Source: Octopus vulgaris
Taxonomy: Eukaryota
DNA: 64,000 nt
Assembly: GCA_951406725.2 (NCBI GenBank)
Contig: OX597831.1
Coordinates: 34,224,001 to 34,288,000, forward strand
Direction of reading: 5' to 3'
Within the stretch, counting starts at the first letter, position 1; each line of letters starts with the position of its first letter. Made by a program: the position numbers and the translations under genes. Under the pieces are notes generated by a model, which saw nothing but the letters and a program-made list of their open reading frames with translations, had not been told where the DNA came from and made no database searches. This document shows, piece after piece, positions 1 through 14,296 of this stretch.

Positions 1-329
1 CAGAATGAATGGCTTTGGTCATGGATCTGTATTATCAGAACGAAAACAACAGTAACAACAATAACAAATCGATAAGTATACATCGATCGATATTATCGAT
101 TTTCACCCTTTGCTCTCTTTAGACTTTGATCTTTGTGCCTCTATTAGAATTTGACATTATTGATTCTTCTTGTGTGCTTTGTACTTCTTTCGCAATTTTT
201 CCTTCGTTATAGTTTATTTTATGTTATAAAATAAATTTGTCGAAAAATAGGTAACACTCGGCTCTGAGTCATTCTCTGTCGCAATAATTCCGGTTCCTTT
301 GAAATTTCCTGGCAGGAAGAATGCGCGTT

Positions 330-570
330 TGTCTTATGATTTAGGTATTTGTGGAATTCTATATTTTGATCTACGGGAGTACTCCTCTCTGGATGGACAC
401 ACACACGTGCGTACGATGAACTTTTTTCAGTTTCCGTCCGCCAAATTCAGTCACAAGGCGTTGATCGGCCCGAGGCTACATTAGAAGACACTTAGCCAAG
501 GTACCAGCAGAGTCTGAGACCAGAGCCACGTGGTAAGGAAGCAATCTCTTTACCCCACAGCCATGCCTGC
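330..570 (-). mobile_element. Degenerate SINE family A, 5' half
   Basis: tttcagtttccgtccgccaaattcagtcacaaggc...gaagacacttagccaagg is the reverse complement of the family A body. Confidence 0.65.
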
Positions 571-753
571 GTCTCCTCTCTTGTTCTGTCTGTCTGTTTG
601 TCTATGTGTCTGCCTGTCTGTCTGTCTCTCTCTCTCTCTCTTTCTCCCCCCCTCTATTTCTCTCTCTCTCGCGCTCTCTCTCTTTCTATATATATATATA
701 TATATATATGATATATAAGTTTTGGAATGATATTTTATATTGTTTCCTTTCCA

Positions 754-1075
754 CCATGTACCACGCTGTTGTTTTTTTCTTGATGTGTCTTTTCTTCGTC
801 TTTTTGTTTTTTTGGATTAATTATATCTATATATCATCATCATCAACGATGATGATGATGATGATGATGATGATGATATATATAGATAATTAATCCAAAA
901 ACAAAAAAAAACAAAGAAAGACACATCAAGAAAAAAACAACAGCGTGGTACATGGAAAGTATTAACAAGACGCTCAGGTTGTTTTAAGTTTCGAGCTAAG
1001 CTCTTCTTCAGAAACTTGAGACAGAGGAAAGTCCAAGGGAAAAGGAAGACGGAGGAAAAAATCGCCAACAATCCA
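754..1075 (-). mobile_element. Fold-back repeat with adjacent hammerhead-like motif; probable Penelope-like element terminus
   Basis: About 90-bp inverted arms (754-845 and 848-955) centred on (ATC)n/(GAT)n. The minus strand at 981-1015 reads GTTT CTGAAGA A GAGC TTA GCTC GAAA CT TA AAAC. Confidence 0.55.
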
Positions 1076-1193
1076 CATGTAGTTGCATTTTGAATTGACC
1101 GGAAAGGAATGGACGAAAAGACGCGATGCGTGGCGTTCAGTTATTCAATAAATATAAAATGCATTAAATACTAAAAAAAAAAACATACACAGA

Positions 1194-1590
1194 GGCCTAG
1201 GAGTGGCTGTGTGGTAAGTAGCTTGCTTACAAAACACATGGTTCCGGGTTCAGTCCCACTGCGTAGCACCTTGGGCAAGTGTCTTCTACTATAGCCTCGG
1301 GCTGACCAAAGCCTTGTGAGTGGATTTGGTAGACGGAAACTGAAAGAAGCCCGTCGTACACAAACACACGTTCATAAACACACACACACACATATATTTA
1401 TATATCTGTAAGTATCTTTTTGTCCGTGTTTGTCCCCCTCGACATCTGGCGTTGGTTTGTTTACGTCCTCCAAAAATAGGGGTTAAGCAAAAAGTGACCG
1501 ATAGAGTAAACAGCAGGGTTTAATTCGATTAAAACTTTCCGTGCAATGCCCCAGCATGGCCGCAATTCAATGACTGAAACGAGTTTAAAA
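1194..1590 (+). mobile_element. SINE family A (tRNA-like head, internal microsatellite)
   Basis: Head ggcctaggagtggctgtgtggtaag...gggttcagtcccact, body ccttgggcaagtgtcttctactatagc, internal CA/TA run, tail cagcatggccgc...tgactgaaac. More than 10 related copies in the window. Confidence 0.85.
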
Positions 1591-1604
1591 GTAATAGAAA
1601 AATA

Positions 1605-1658
<54 letters not shown>

Positions 1659-2110
1659 CGGTCATTTTTTGCTTAACCCCTATGTTTGGAGGATGTAAAC
1701 AAAACAATGTCACTTGTCAAGGGAGACAAACACGAAGCCAAAGATATTTACAGATATATGAGTGTTGTGTTTGTGTGTTTATGTGCATACGTGCGTATGT
1801 GTATATATGTATAAGATTGTATGTATATATGTATGTGTGTATGTATGTACCTATGTATTATGTATGTGTGTGTGTATGTAGGAATATACGGTATACGACT
1901 GGCATCTCTACGCTCCAGTCTAATAAATCCACACACACACAAGTCTTTGCTTGAAAAATTGTTAAGGCATTCAGATATTATGGTATTTTTCTTAATATGA
2001 AACCAATGGTAGCCTTAATTCACACACAAAAAAAAAAGAAATTCTATTCACCAATGCGGAGTTGAACCCTCAATTTTCATCGTTCGACATTTATGTTTCT
2101 CTCTCTCTCT

Positions 2111-2246
<136 letters not shown>

Positions 2247-2307
2247 AGTATGTTATAGAAAGCATGAACTATTTACAGAGGGCTCGTAGAGAAAAAATAC
2301 TTTGTAT

Positions 2308-2356
<49 letters not shown>

Positions 2357-2622
2357 ATAAATCTGTATACACACAGATATATAAATGCACTCATGTTTAT
2401 TGCAATTCCACACCCATTGTCATTGTGACTCTTCTTTGCGTTGTACCCAAATCAAAGACCTTCCTGGCAAATAAAGGACCAATATTGTTTCATCTATTTT
2501 TCTCTTTCATTTTCATAACGCTCTCATTTTTTCTTTACATTATTCTTTCGATTTTCTTATTTACGTCCATTTGGTAATTTCGCCATTATTCCTCGCTCCC
2601 TTCTCCTCTTCATATGTATATG

Positions 2623-2675
<53 letters not shown>

Positions 2676-2911
2676 CGTTTATATATTCAATAAAATTGTG
2701 TTTGTTTGGTTCCTTATTTGTTGAAGTATGTATTAGGTATTTTATTATTCATTTTTCAACTTGTTCTTTTTATTGTGTCATTTTCTAATTTTGGTCCTCC
2801 TTAACAGGAAGTCTTTACAACAAGGAATAGAAATTTTGAGTTTTATGGAAAATCGATATAAGATTATATAGAATTTGTGATTCGGTTATTGGTTTATTTC
2901 TTTCTTTATTA

Positions 2912-2971
<60 letters not shown>

Positions 2972-3028
2972 ACATATATTTGTAAAGGTATCTCTCTTTC
3001 TCTATGTATATATATATAATCGTATATA

Positions 3029-3060
<32 letters not shown>

Positions 3061-3274
3061 AACATATCCTAATATAGAATATGTATTATATATACGTATA
3101 TACATATGAATATTATTCTAGTGTTAATATATATATTATACATATATATGTGTATATATGTATATGCTTATATATATACATATATATATATATACTTATA
3201 TATATGCAAATATTTTTGATATATATACATTCACATATATACATATGCATAAATATATAAGCACTTCCATATAC

Positions 3275-3361
<87 letters not shown>

Positions 3362-3961
3362 TATATGTGTGCTTGTGTGCGCGCGCGCGTGTCTGTATGT
3401 ATATATTTGGATATAAGTGTACATAAGTGGATATATACATATATATATATATATATGTTATATATGTATATATATATATATATATCCTTGTACATGCGTG
3501 TGTGTGTACGTTCTGTTGGTATAGTGAAAACAATGTTGGAGTCAACCTATGTATATTAACATATTCGATTGATTCTATATTGATCTACGTGGTCTGTCGT
3601 TTTTTTTTGTTATTTTGAAAATTCTTATCTCTCGTATCTGTCATATTTAATATAGGAATTAATGAGTTAGAAGTTTCCTTTATGTTTGAATCTATTTGAA
3701 AATTGTATGTCTGTTTGCACGTATGAATGTCAGAACAGAAGTATATACGTATGTATTTAGTGATGTATGTGCGAGTGTATGTACATGTGAATGAATGCGC
3801 ATGGATGTATGTATATATGTGTGTGTGTGTGCCTGTTTATATGTGCGTGTGTGTGTGCATGTGTGTACACATATTTGTGTATGTATATACGTTTAAATTA
3901 TGTATGTATGTGTGTATGTATGTAATGCCTCTCTCCTGCTATATGCACCTAGGAATCTCTG

Positions 3962-4019
<58 letters not shown>

Positions 4020-4102
4020 CCTATCTGTCCGTCTACCTGTTTATCTCTCTATGTATACATACATATATGCATATACCCACCCGACACACACACATACCTA
4101 TT

Positions 4103-5528
4103 ATTCATTTTATCCCAAAGTAAAAAGATAAAAAGAACATTCAGGTTTTGCGTAATGAAATTTTACATGTTGATTATATATTTATCGACAATATATTACA
4201 TATATTTAAAATTCAAAATGGCCACCGTTTGGTTTCACCAAGCCCTTAAAATGTTTGACCTGACAAAATTACACCACGTCGTCTTAAGAGGTTCATTTTG
4301 GTGTGGCAGGCTTGATATGAGGTGCCTGGTTTAGAGTTCTCTCATATGAGCCATATCGCAAATTCCATAAAATTAATATTAGGGCTTCATGGAGGACAAA
4401 TAGACTTGTCAATGGATGACAAATGGACAAATGAACTTGTCAAAAAATAATCAGAAATGCCTTTTGGATCAGTTCTACGTTAAATTGAGACAAGTCAAGG
4501 TGATTTCTAAATGTGGCTGACAACACACCTCTCTTCTACATTTGCTGGTAAACTTCTCTTGTATTCCTCCTTCAATGAACACCACAGGCAATTTCGAAGC
4601 ATTAGAATCAACAACTACCCAAACGATGATATCAGCTGGTTTCCGACCTGAAATATGTTCTGACTCCTTTGGGAATGTTTTATGGTGAAATAGCGCAAAC
4701 TCTATCGTTTTGGTAGTCGATCACAGTCTCCACATTGAAAAACTTCTCGTCCGGCCCAGCGAAGTCTTTGTCGACAGAACGCTGTCTCGGCTTCAACATT
4801 TTCTTCACACTGCCAAACCTTTTTTGTTTGGAGGCACAAGTTGTTGTCAATTATTGTGTGGTTTTAGAACTCAGTCCTCTTTGACAATTCCCCTCTTATC
4901 AACATTTATTTATTTATTTATTTTATTTATCGCCCTTTTCAAGCCTAGCCACGCTCATGGGCCCGGTTTCCCGGTTTCTATTGCGTATGTGTTCCCCCCA
5001 GCTGTACGGGACGCCAGTCCATCGCAGCGTTACTCAAGAAACAAGAAGTAAAAGTGAGAGAAAGTTGGGGCGAAAGAGTACAACAGTGGTCACCACCACC
5101 CCCTGCCGGAGCCTCGTGGAGCTTTTCAGGTGTTTTCGTTCAATAAACACACACAACGCCCGGTCTGGGAATCGAAACCGCGATCCTCCACTCGCGAGTC
5201 CGGTGCCCTAACCACTGGGCCATTGCGCCTCCACTCTTATCAACATAGCCGAAAATATATAGCGCTTTTGCCAACTTCCTCAAGCTTCTTAATGAGTTTT
5301 TCTTCACGCTCTTATTGACCATTTCAGTGATCATCCTGATACAAGTAGAACAGCTTTTTCATCAAACTGGATTAGGTGAGCTGGTTCACACCTCTTGAAA
5401 AATTTTCACACATTTCGGCAAACATTTCACTGTTTTATCACATCACCATTCTTTACACCTGGTATAATCAATGGTTCAATTTGTTCAGGTCTTTTTTGCG
5501 CATCGTATTTACTTAAGGATAAACAATA
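4103..5528 (-). mobile_element. Decayed DD37D/maT-like Tc1/mariner transposon, interrupted by a SINE
   Basis: Minus strand gives DEKFFNVETVIDYQNDRV and KPADIIVWVVVDSNASKLPVVFIEGG with stops and frameshifts. Degenerate inverted ends ttatcccaaagtaaaaagat and atcgtatttacttaaggataa. Confidence 0.7.
4906..5233 (-). mobile_element. SINE family B (tRNA-derived head), tail type 2, with 13-bp TSD
   Basis: A-box tggcccagtgg and B-box ggtttcgattccc on the minus strand, (TAAA)n tail. TSD ctcttatcaacat at 4893-4905 and 5234-5246. Confidence 0.92.
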
Positions 5529-5685
5529 AAACAACAAAAGAATTATGAGAAGCGTTATACAACATTTGCAATTCCTTTTGCGAATATATAAATGTTTGAA
5601 TTATCCTTTGAATAATGGGCAATTTATTGTTTAAATAATGGGAAAATGTATATCTGGTATATATATATAATTATATGCCACATCT

Positions 5686-5723
<38 letters not shown>

Positions 5724-5724
5724 T

Positions 5725-7190
5725 CATGGCCTTAGCTAGAAGTATAAAACACCCATCAAAATGAATTACTTTTAAGGTATGTGGCTAAATTAGGACAATA
5801 AAAATATAGCAATGCAAAAAGATTTTATTTTTACATAATTTAATACTTAATAGAACCTACTTTGGCTTTAATGACTGCAATAATTCTTGGATATCATGGG
5901 AGTGTTACTTTCTTCTGGTGTTATGCTCTCATATGCTGCTTGTGATGTTTCAAACAAAGATTTTTGCCAACATAACATGGCGATCCTGGTTTAGGATGAA
6001 TGTTGCTGTAATTTAGCCCCAGGAACCCCTATCGTTGTAGGATTGTTTCAAACAATTGTTCTTATTTTCGTTGTGCTACTTCCAATAGTTTTCCCAAGCA
6101 ACCCCCAAAGATATTCATTATGATCTAGGCCGGGGCTCTGGCGTGGCCAGTCTATTGGAGTAAAGCCTTTTCCAGGGAGCCAATATTTCGTTTAGCAGGA
6201 AGTATGAGAAGGTACATTGTCTTGTTGAAATAATACTTCAATTCCAGGTGTTTGTGAAAGTAACTGATGAATTGAGGGCTCCAAAACCAGATCCGGCATG
6301 GCGGCGGAATTCGTTTAATCAATTCTTTCATCAAACAAAAACATATTTCGTGCCTCTATTGGAGGACATAGCATGATGGAACCACCACCATGCTTCACAA
6401 TTGGAGTTATAGGCGTCTCCAACCCGTCTCCTTGCATAAGTTGCACCAGGTGTATTGAAAAGCTGGAAATAAATAGTTTAAACATGGCCTTTTAAAACAT
6501 CCATTGCAAGTCAAGATTAGAAATGAAATTACTTTATACATGTGAAAAAACAAGAGTATAGCTCAAATTATATAACTGATAAATACTTTCATCTTATTAG
6601 TTGACGTTTCACTACTGTGAAGAAGCTCAGTTTTGGTGAATTTTGGCCCGCTGAAGGCATTTTGTTTCGTTGACTTAAAAAATCCAGGGTTTTCTCCTCG
6701 CTTTACAGCCTCTCAGACAATGTTCATGAAGATTTTTTCTTGTTGTTCTTGGTGATATTTTTGATGTGTAGGCTTCATTGATGAAATTTATCAGCGGTTG
6801 CTGAGAGATGTCCGAACTAGTAATCGGTCTTCTCGAGGTTTAGTTAATCGTTTTCTTCCACATTTTGGACTTGACGAGAAGCTTCCTGTCTCCTTAAATC
6901 TATTTATTGTCGTCTGCACAGCGAATCGTGAGCATTTCATTTTTTCCGCAATTTACACCGGTGATAATCATTGTTTAAGGAGGGAGGTTTATCTGGTCTC
7001 ACTGTGGCACTGCAAGATCCTTAGATTTTGGCATCATTGATCTCCAGATAATACCCAACAGCTTATTATGAATAAACTTATCCTACAATACAGATTTACC
7101 TGTAAGAATTACGTTGCATATGATGACCTATTTATTAGATAGATTCACATAATCACGTTTCACCAAATTTTATCCAGTATTATATAAAAT
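5725..7190 (-). mobile_element. Decayed Tc1 (DD34E) transposon
   Basis: Minus-strand remnants IAEKMKCSRFAVQTTINRFKETGSFSSSPKCGRKRLTKPREDR (HTH region), PIVKHGGGSIM, FQQDNVPSHT and WPRQSPGLDHNEYLW. ATG near 7037; many stops. Confidence 0.82.
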
Positions 7191-7211
7191 GTTAATATAT
7201 GAATGTAATAT

Positions 7212-7510
7212 CACCGCGATCACCGTGACCGACCAGGCTATCAGATGTTGTTACACATCGCTGGTCACAATGTGCTTCGCATTGTTTTAGCCTTCAAATG
7301 ACGCCACCCCGCTGGCTACGCGAGCAGGCCAACAGAAGAAAGAATGAGAGAAAGTTGTGGCGATAGAGTACAGCAGGGATTGCCGGAGCCTCGTGGAGCT
7401 TTAGGTGTTTTCCCTCAATAAACACTCACAACGCCCGGTCTGAGAATCGAAACCGCGATCCTACGACCGTGAGTCCGCTGCCCTAAGCACTAGGCCATTG
7501 CGCCTCCACT
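7212..7510 (-). mobile_element. SINE family B head with tail type 3, 12-bp TSD
   Basis: TSD tgaatgtaatat at 7200-7211 and 7511-7522. Same head as 4906-5233 but a different 3' half. Confidence 0.9.
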
Positions 7511-7624
7511 TGAATGTAATATATGATTGTAAATTATATATTTTTATGTTTGAAGCAATGCGAATTGAAATATTTATATTTGACATGGTTGCTTTATGCT
7601 TCAGGCCAATGCTGTATATGCACA

Positions 7625-7699
<75 letters not shown>

Positions 7700-7769
7700 A
7701 TACACATACACACATATGATGGACTCTCCGTTGTATTCGATGTATGAGGATCCAACAACCTACACTTTG

Positions 7770-8068
7770 TTTTTCAATCATAAAGCTTATGTCGAATGTC
7801 ACGTTTGAGTTCCACCAAAAATTTTCAAACAAGCATGTATTAAAATTACGGGGTAGAGCAGGTTGTGTATTTACAGCTGCTTTTCTCCTTTGCCTTGCAC
7901 GCCTAAGCCTGTTAGTGCGGGTTGAAACAAAATCTCTTACACCATTTGGATATAATGATCTCCATTTTGTTCGCTTTAAGGCCGGTTGCTCAAGGGTGAT
8001 GATATAGCGACTGTTGAGAGATTACCCATCAACTTGTCCTTATATCTGAGCCATGGTGGACCAACATT
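7770..8068 (-). mobile_element. 3' fragment of an RTE-type LINE
   Basis: Minus strand gives [15 protein letters not shown]...[39 protein letters not shown], matching the RYKD...WR...RQRRK C-terminal pattern of RTE ORFs. Confidence 0.65.
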
Positions 8069-8070
8069 AA

Positions 8071-8127
<57 letters not shown>

Positions 8128-8514
8128 ATATATATATATACACTCATATGTATATATATATATATACACTCATATGTATATATATATATATACATGCACA
8201 TCCACTCCTATAAATATATACACACGTATATATCTTATATCTAGCTATGTATGTATATAATGTATACATATGTGCATATATACATATGCATATATGAATA
8301 TATATATATAGAGAGAGGGAGGGTTAGACAGAAAGATAGATAGATAGATAGATATATAGATAGATAGACAGACATACAGACAGACAGATAGACAGATAGA
8401 TAAATAAATAGATAAATAAATAGATAGATGAATAGATAGGTAGATTGATAGATAGATAGATAGATAGATAGATATACATATATATATATATATTCATATA
8501 CATTTATACATATA

Positions 8515-8568
<54 letters not shown>

Positions 8569-8595
8569 TACATACATACATACATACACTCACAG

Positions 8596-8679
<84 letters not shown>

Positions 8680-9432
8680 ATATATATATACATATATTTA
8701 CATACACAAATCTGTACATATGCACATTTGTAGGCAATTCATTGCATGTTCTTATATATATATATATATCTCTTGCAACCTACGCTTTCGGGCGGAGTTT
8801 GTATACTTACATGCATGTGTTTGAGAGCGTGTACATGTGTCACTGTATATGTTTTTTGCATTGTACATTCTCTTCGACAGTCTAAATCTCTGCTATGTTC
8901 CACATTTCTTTGTAGTTTTCCATTAACGGCTTCCAATTATTATTTTCTAATTAACCGAATTCTTGTAAATTTTGTGAAAGCAACTTTTATATGATGACTA
9001 CTAAGGCAGTTAGCTACACCAGCAGGTAACGCAATAATTAGAAGTACAGCTCTATAATCCCTGTGTTATAGCTGTAAATTTCTCAGGATTTCGCCATAGG
9101 TATTGCTTCTTAAGTATATTTTAGCATTAATAATATCTGGAACCTGATATATATTACCGTGAGCATTTGTTTTTCTCTCTTCCTCGGCGTTTTGTATAGA
9201 GATCGCACTTAAATTTTACGAAAGCACATAACTAATATATACTTGTTTCGAGCGCTTCTCAGACATTTGTACCCTTAACGTAGTTCTCGGGGAGATTCAA
9301 CGTGACACAGATGTATACTTGTTTCGTAACTGAATTGCAGTGAGTCCATAGCAGTGATCAGGTAGCAATTAGTGTCACGAAAACTTTGGCAATAAATGTT
9401 TGACTGACTGTTTAAATGATGATTGTCTTTCG

Positions 9433-9789
9433 TGGATGCGCAACGACCCAGTGGTTAGGGCAGCGGACTCGCGGTTTCGAGTCCCTGACCGAGCGTTTTG
9501 AGTGTTTATTGAGCGAAAACACCTAAAGCTCCACGAGGCTCCGGCAGGAGGTGGTGGCGAACCCTGTTGTACTCTTTCTCCACAACTTTCTGTCATTCTT
9601 TCTGCCTCTTTCTGTCGTTCCTGTTTTTCAAAGGGCCAGCCTTGTCACACTCTGTGTCACGTTGAATCTCCCCGAGAACTACGTTAAGGGTACAAATGTC
9701 TGAGAAGTGCTCGTTAATTTCATGTGCAGGCTATTCCGTTGATCGGATCAACTGGAACCCTCGTCGTCGTAACCGACGGTGTGCCACGA
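9433..9789 (+). mobile_element. SINE family B, tail type 1
   Basis: tRNA-like head; tail gagaactacgttaagggtac...cgtcgtaaccgacgg; imperfect TSD at(t/a)gtctttc. Confidence 0.88.
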
Positions 9790-12209
9790 ATAGTCTTTCA
9801 CGCTGTAATTACACAGACGCACACGCAGACAGACACACACATATATACATATATATATACATATATTAACACACACACATACATACATGCATATATATAT
9901 ATATATATATATATACAAATACATATACATATACATATACATATACATCCATACATATATATATATATATATATATATACGTGCAGCAGCAGCTGTGTGG
10001 TAAGTAGCTTGCTTACTAACCACATGGTCCCGGGTTCAGTCCCACTGTGTGGCACCATGGGTAATAATACATTTCTAAATCTCTTAGAGAGATTTATGCA
10101 GTAGCAGCATGATAAAGTGATAGTATGTTGTCAACTTAACGTGACAGCTCCATGAAAGTGAAAAATTCTACTGTTATTTAGCCCTAGGAAACACCATTTC
10201 CTGTTGAACTTGATGCATTTCCTGTGTCCTTATGTTTTCAAAGTGGAGACAAGCACCTCCACCCAGCAAAGCCATCAGTCTGGAGTAGCATGGCCTGCTA
10301 GCTGTCAATGCCTATCCGCCTTTGAGAGCATATATATTTCAAGTGAAATACATTCACTGATTTTTTAAAATAGAAATACATCGCCTGAAATCCGTTGCAG
10401 TGGACCCATGTCAGTGACCAGGTCACAGTTAGTGCGACGAAAATTTGACGCCAAATAATAAATTTAAGTGAAGTTAACAGTTTTTGTTATTTTTTAATGA
10501 GTATTATGTTTTTCATGTAATCCTTATAATTGGTATACTACGATGTATACCGGATTTATCCCCATTTTTCTGAATGGGAGGTTTGGTCACCCATATTGAG
10601 GATTTTTGCATCTCTTTTAGTATTTTGGTCTCATTCTGCCAACATCGGGAAAGTATAGACCTCTTTGTACCCCTACATTTGCCCATAGAACCATCACTAA
10701 TTAAATGCAAAAGAATGTACCTCGTGTGGCGTTCAATAATTAAAACAGAAACTAGAATTGCTTAGAGTCTTGAAAACTAAAAAACGTCATCCATATAAAT
10801 ATGGATGACGTTTTTGAGTTTGTAAGGATCAATAAAAACGATTATTTGCGTATCTATTCAAAATACATTCCGGCAGATTCGACTATAAATTTGATAATCA
10901 TTGTTGTATTTGTCAGAGGTGAACAACTTCTCTTTTGCAAGGAATATGTGTTCATAATACGGTCGATTCATTAATACAGGGTATTCTTGGACATCCTATG
11001 TTTCATCATCCTTGTGTCTCGTCAGCTAGAAGTACCCCAGACCAATGAATCTAACAAGAACCTTTGGATTTGTTTATCCTTTCAGTGAACAATCTGTCCT
11101 CTAATGCTTTCTAATAATAAATAAATCGTCATGTACTCAAGTGTGTTATGAAGCTGCTCTCGAGTGATGTACACAACAACGCTTAGCATATTCACATTCG
11201 AACCTGCAAGAACGTATTAAGAATATTTATTCAAGTCGCTGTTCACCGTCCATATGACAATTTATGATTATTAGAAAGTTAACTGGAAATAATTACACAG
11301 TAAAGAAAAATCAATATTTATTCTCTTGTCAATATTTTATTATACTTTTGCTTATATTTTGCTAATATTTTAATTCATTTATGTATTTATTTATTTTGCT
11401 AACTTTATGTCGACAAGCACGAAGAATATTTTATTTATCTGTATGTGTTAGTATCGTCTGCTTTATTCATCTTTTTGCCGACATTAATTTTTATACATGA
11501 GAATCAATAAATCTCTAGACTCTGCATGCTATGCTTACATACATTACAGCTATACATACAGAGCCACATCACAGTAATATTAATAATTAACACATAATCA
11601 TTTCTTGACAATCCTTTTTAAATATACTCTATTTAATATAATTTACCAACAAAAATTCAACCTCTGTTTTCGTGTAGGAATATCTACAAGGTCGTTTTTC
11701 GCTTGAGTCAAGTCACATGAAAGGGCTACTGAGCATATGAGTGAGCCAGTATCTGCTCGTTTGGTGTGTGGATTCAGGCACAGATGATAGGTTAAATAGG
11801 AAGTGCGCTTCGCTACTATGATGTTCCACGTTCGAATGCACTGGTGGGGGTTCAACCAAACCATGTGAGTGAATTAGAGTAACCGCAAATTGTACAGAGA
11901 TGCGCCGGTTGGAGTGGACCTGTAATTCAAAAGCTAAGCCTTGTTGCAAACTGTGCTGTGCTAATTCAAACTGAGAATTGCGTTAGAGGTACACGGGTCT
12001 GTGGAATACTCAGCCACTTTCCACACTAATGTAATAATTGGTTGTCTAGTTGAACGAAATCGATGTCAGAGTTCATTAGCATATGCAGCAATATACAAGT
12101 AGATATGCTCTCATTTATGTAGTGTTTGCCCGTGTCTGTTTAGCACACGAGTGTGCATAACTGAGCGTTATATATACATGCTATTTACAAAATGTAATTG
12201 TGTGTATAT

Positions 12210-12531
12210 GGAGGCGCAACGATCCAGTGTTTAGGGCAGCGGACTCGCGGTCGGAGGTTCGCGTTTTCGATTCTCAGACCGGGCGTTGTGTGCATTTATT
12301 GAGCGACGGCACCTAAAGCTCCACGAGGCTCCGGCAGGGAGTGTTAGCGACCCCTGTTGTACTCTTTCGCCCCAACTTTCTCTCACTCTTTATTCATGTT
12401 TCTTGAGTAACGCTGCGATGGACTGGCGTCTCTTCCAGTGGGGGAACACATACGCCATAGAAACCGGGAAACCGGGCCCATGAGCGTGGCCAGGCTTGAA
12501 AAGGGCGCATAAATAAAAATAAATAAATAAA
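12210..12531 (+). mobile_element. SINE family B, tail type 2, about 15-bp TSD
   Basis: TSD taattg(t/c)gtgtatat at 12195-12209 and 12532-12546; (TAAA)n tail. Confidence 0.9.
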
Positions 12532-13136
12532 TAATTGCGTGTATATATATCAATTCCAGGAACCTCAGACAGAGAGTTATTTTCCTGACAATTCCAATTT
12601 TCTACAGCATCCAGCGTGTATTCTTGCGCATATAATTACTTATTCTGCCAACACTTCATCAGTAATGATACTGCAATCTATACAATACTAATGAGTTCAT
12701 ATTGTGCCTTAAATATATCCAGATTTATCTCCCATTCATGCTTAAATAATAAAAACTATTAGTCGGAAGCTAAATTCTTTTATTGTCTCTCTGCATAATT
12801 GCAACAAGGTAGTTTCTTTAAACTACGTAGATTTAGTGTATTAAGATGACTGCCTTATATGCGGTGTCGTGTAATGCTACATTTGTCCTTTCGTAATTCA
12901 AATGCCTCTTAACTACTGGTATTGCATGGATCTACATTGAATAGGGTGATGTCATGTAGAAGTATTTAAGACAAGCAGCCAAGAACACTGCAATTAACAA
13001 TCGTCAAATTTGGTGTTACGCTTTGATGAGGCACCACGAATCACATTTTGCCCATTACTTGTGACACAGTCTATAGTCAAGTGCTCAAGATAGGAACATT
13101 TACGGAGAAACTTTTCCACTGTTTGCTATTACCTTT

Positions 13137-13496
13137 TTTCTTTTACTTTGTTTCAGTCATTAGACTACGGCCATGCTGCAGCACCGCATAGAAACTCTTT
13201 AGCCCAAAGAATCGAACCCAGTACCTATTTTTTAAAAAACACCTGGTACTTATTCTATCAGTCTCTTTTGCGGAACCACTAAGTTACGGGGTTGTAAACA
13301 CACCGACATCAGTTGTCAAGGAGCAGTGGTGAGAACAAACAAACACATACACACAGACTCAACAACTTTCTTTCAGTTTCCGTCAACCAAACCCAAATAC
13401 AACCCGAGGTTATAACAGAAGTCACTTGCCCAAGGTACAACGCTGTGGGACCGAACCCGGAACCATGTGGTTGAGAAGGAAACTCCTTACCATACA
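13137..13496 (-). mobile_element. SINE family A
   Basis: Reverse complement of the family A head, body and tail. Confidence 0.8.
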
Positions 13497-13509
13497 GCAA
13501 TCATATAAG

Positions 13510-14030
13510 AATTATTTTATTCACTTAGTTTTACATATTTACACTTTTATCGTTTTCAAAGTAGTCTCCCATTGGCTCAGTTGCCTTTACCACTGTTCGA
13601 AACAGTGCTGGAACTCTTGTGAAGTGATGCCTTTCAATGTCTTTGTTTTGTTTTTTTTTCACTTCTTTCACACCTGCAAAATATTTACCTTTAAGGACTT
13701 TTTTCATTCGAGAGAACAGAAAATGTCGAAGGGGAAAGTGTGTAAGCGAGACCATGCGAGTTTTCGCAAAAGCTGTCACACACTCAATGCGTTATGCGCA
13801 GGAGCATTGTCGGGATGAAACAACCACTCTCCACTTTGCTACAAGTCAGGGCGTTTTCGTCTCACCGCGCTTCGCAAACGCTTCAGAACTTCCAAGTAAA
13901 ATGTCTGGTTAGCAGTTTGACCAAAAGGAACAAATTCTATGTCGACTGTTCCTTTCGTATCAATGAAACAAATTGGCGTCGTCTTGACATTGGACTTCAC
14001 TTGATGCAATTTCTAGGGGCGTAGCGAGAG
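13510..14030 (-). mobile_element. Mariner (DD34D) transposase pseudogene, C-terminal half
   Basis: FHPDNAPAHNALSV and FLFSRMKKVLKGKYFAGVKEVK...GDYFEND; frameshifted. Confidence 0.82.
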
Positions 14031-14262
14031 ATTGGATAATTTTGGATTTTCAGAAAACGAAAGCAACTAGCTAACTTGCATTTTACAAATACTATCTGTA
14101 AGTGGAACAATAAAAATATAGAAAACTTTTGTCAAGTTTAAAATGTGGCATTGTTTTCGTTATCTAAATTCCAACGATGAAGCTTTGTATCTTTCTTAGA
14201 ATCCGGCTCCTTCTTCAGAGGAAGAATTCAAATGATTAAAAAGAGAAGAAAGCATGCATACA

Positions 14263-14296
<34 letters not shown>

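Noticed and set aside
12560-12634. Possible upstream GPCR exon after caattccag (NLRQRVIFLTIPIFYSIQRVFLRI)
   Set aside because: Lacks the RNxIHxNL-type TM2 motif, hits a stop and has no donor site.
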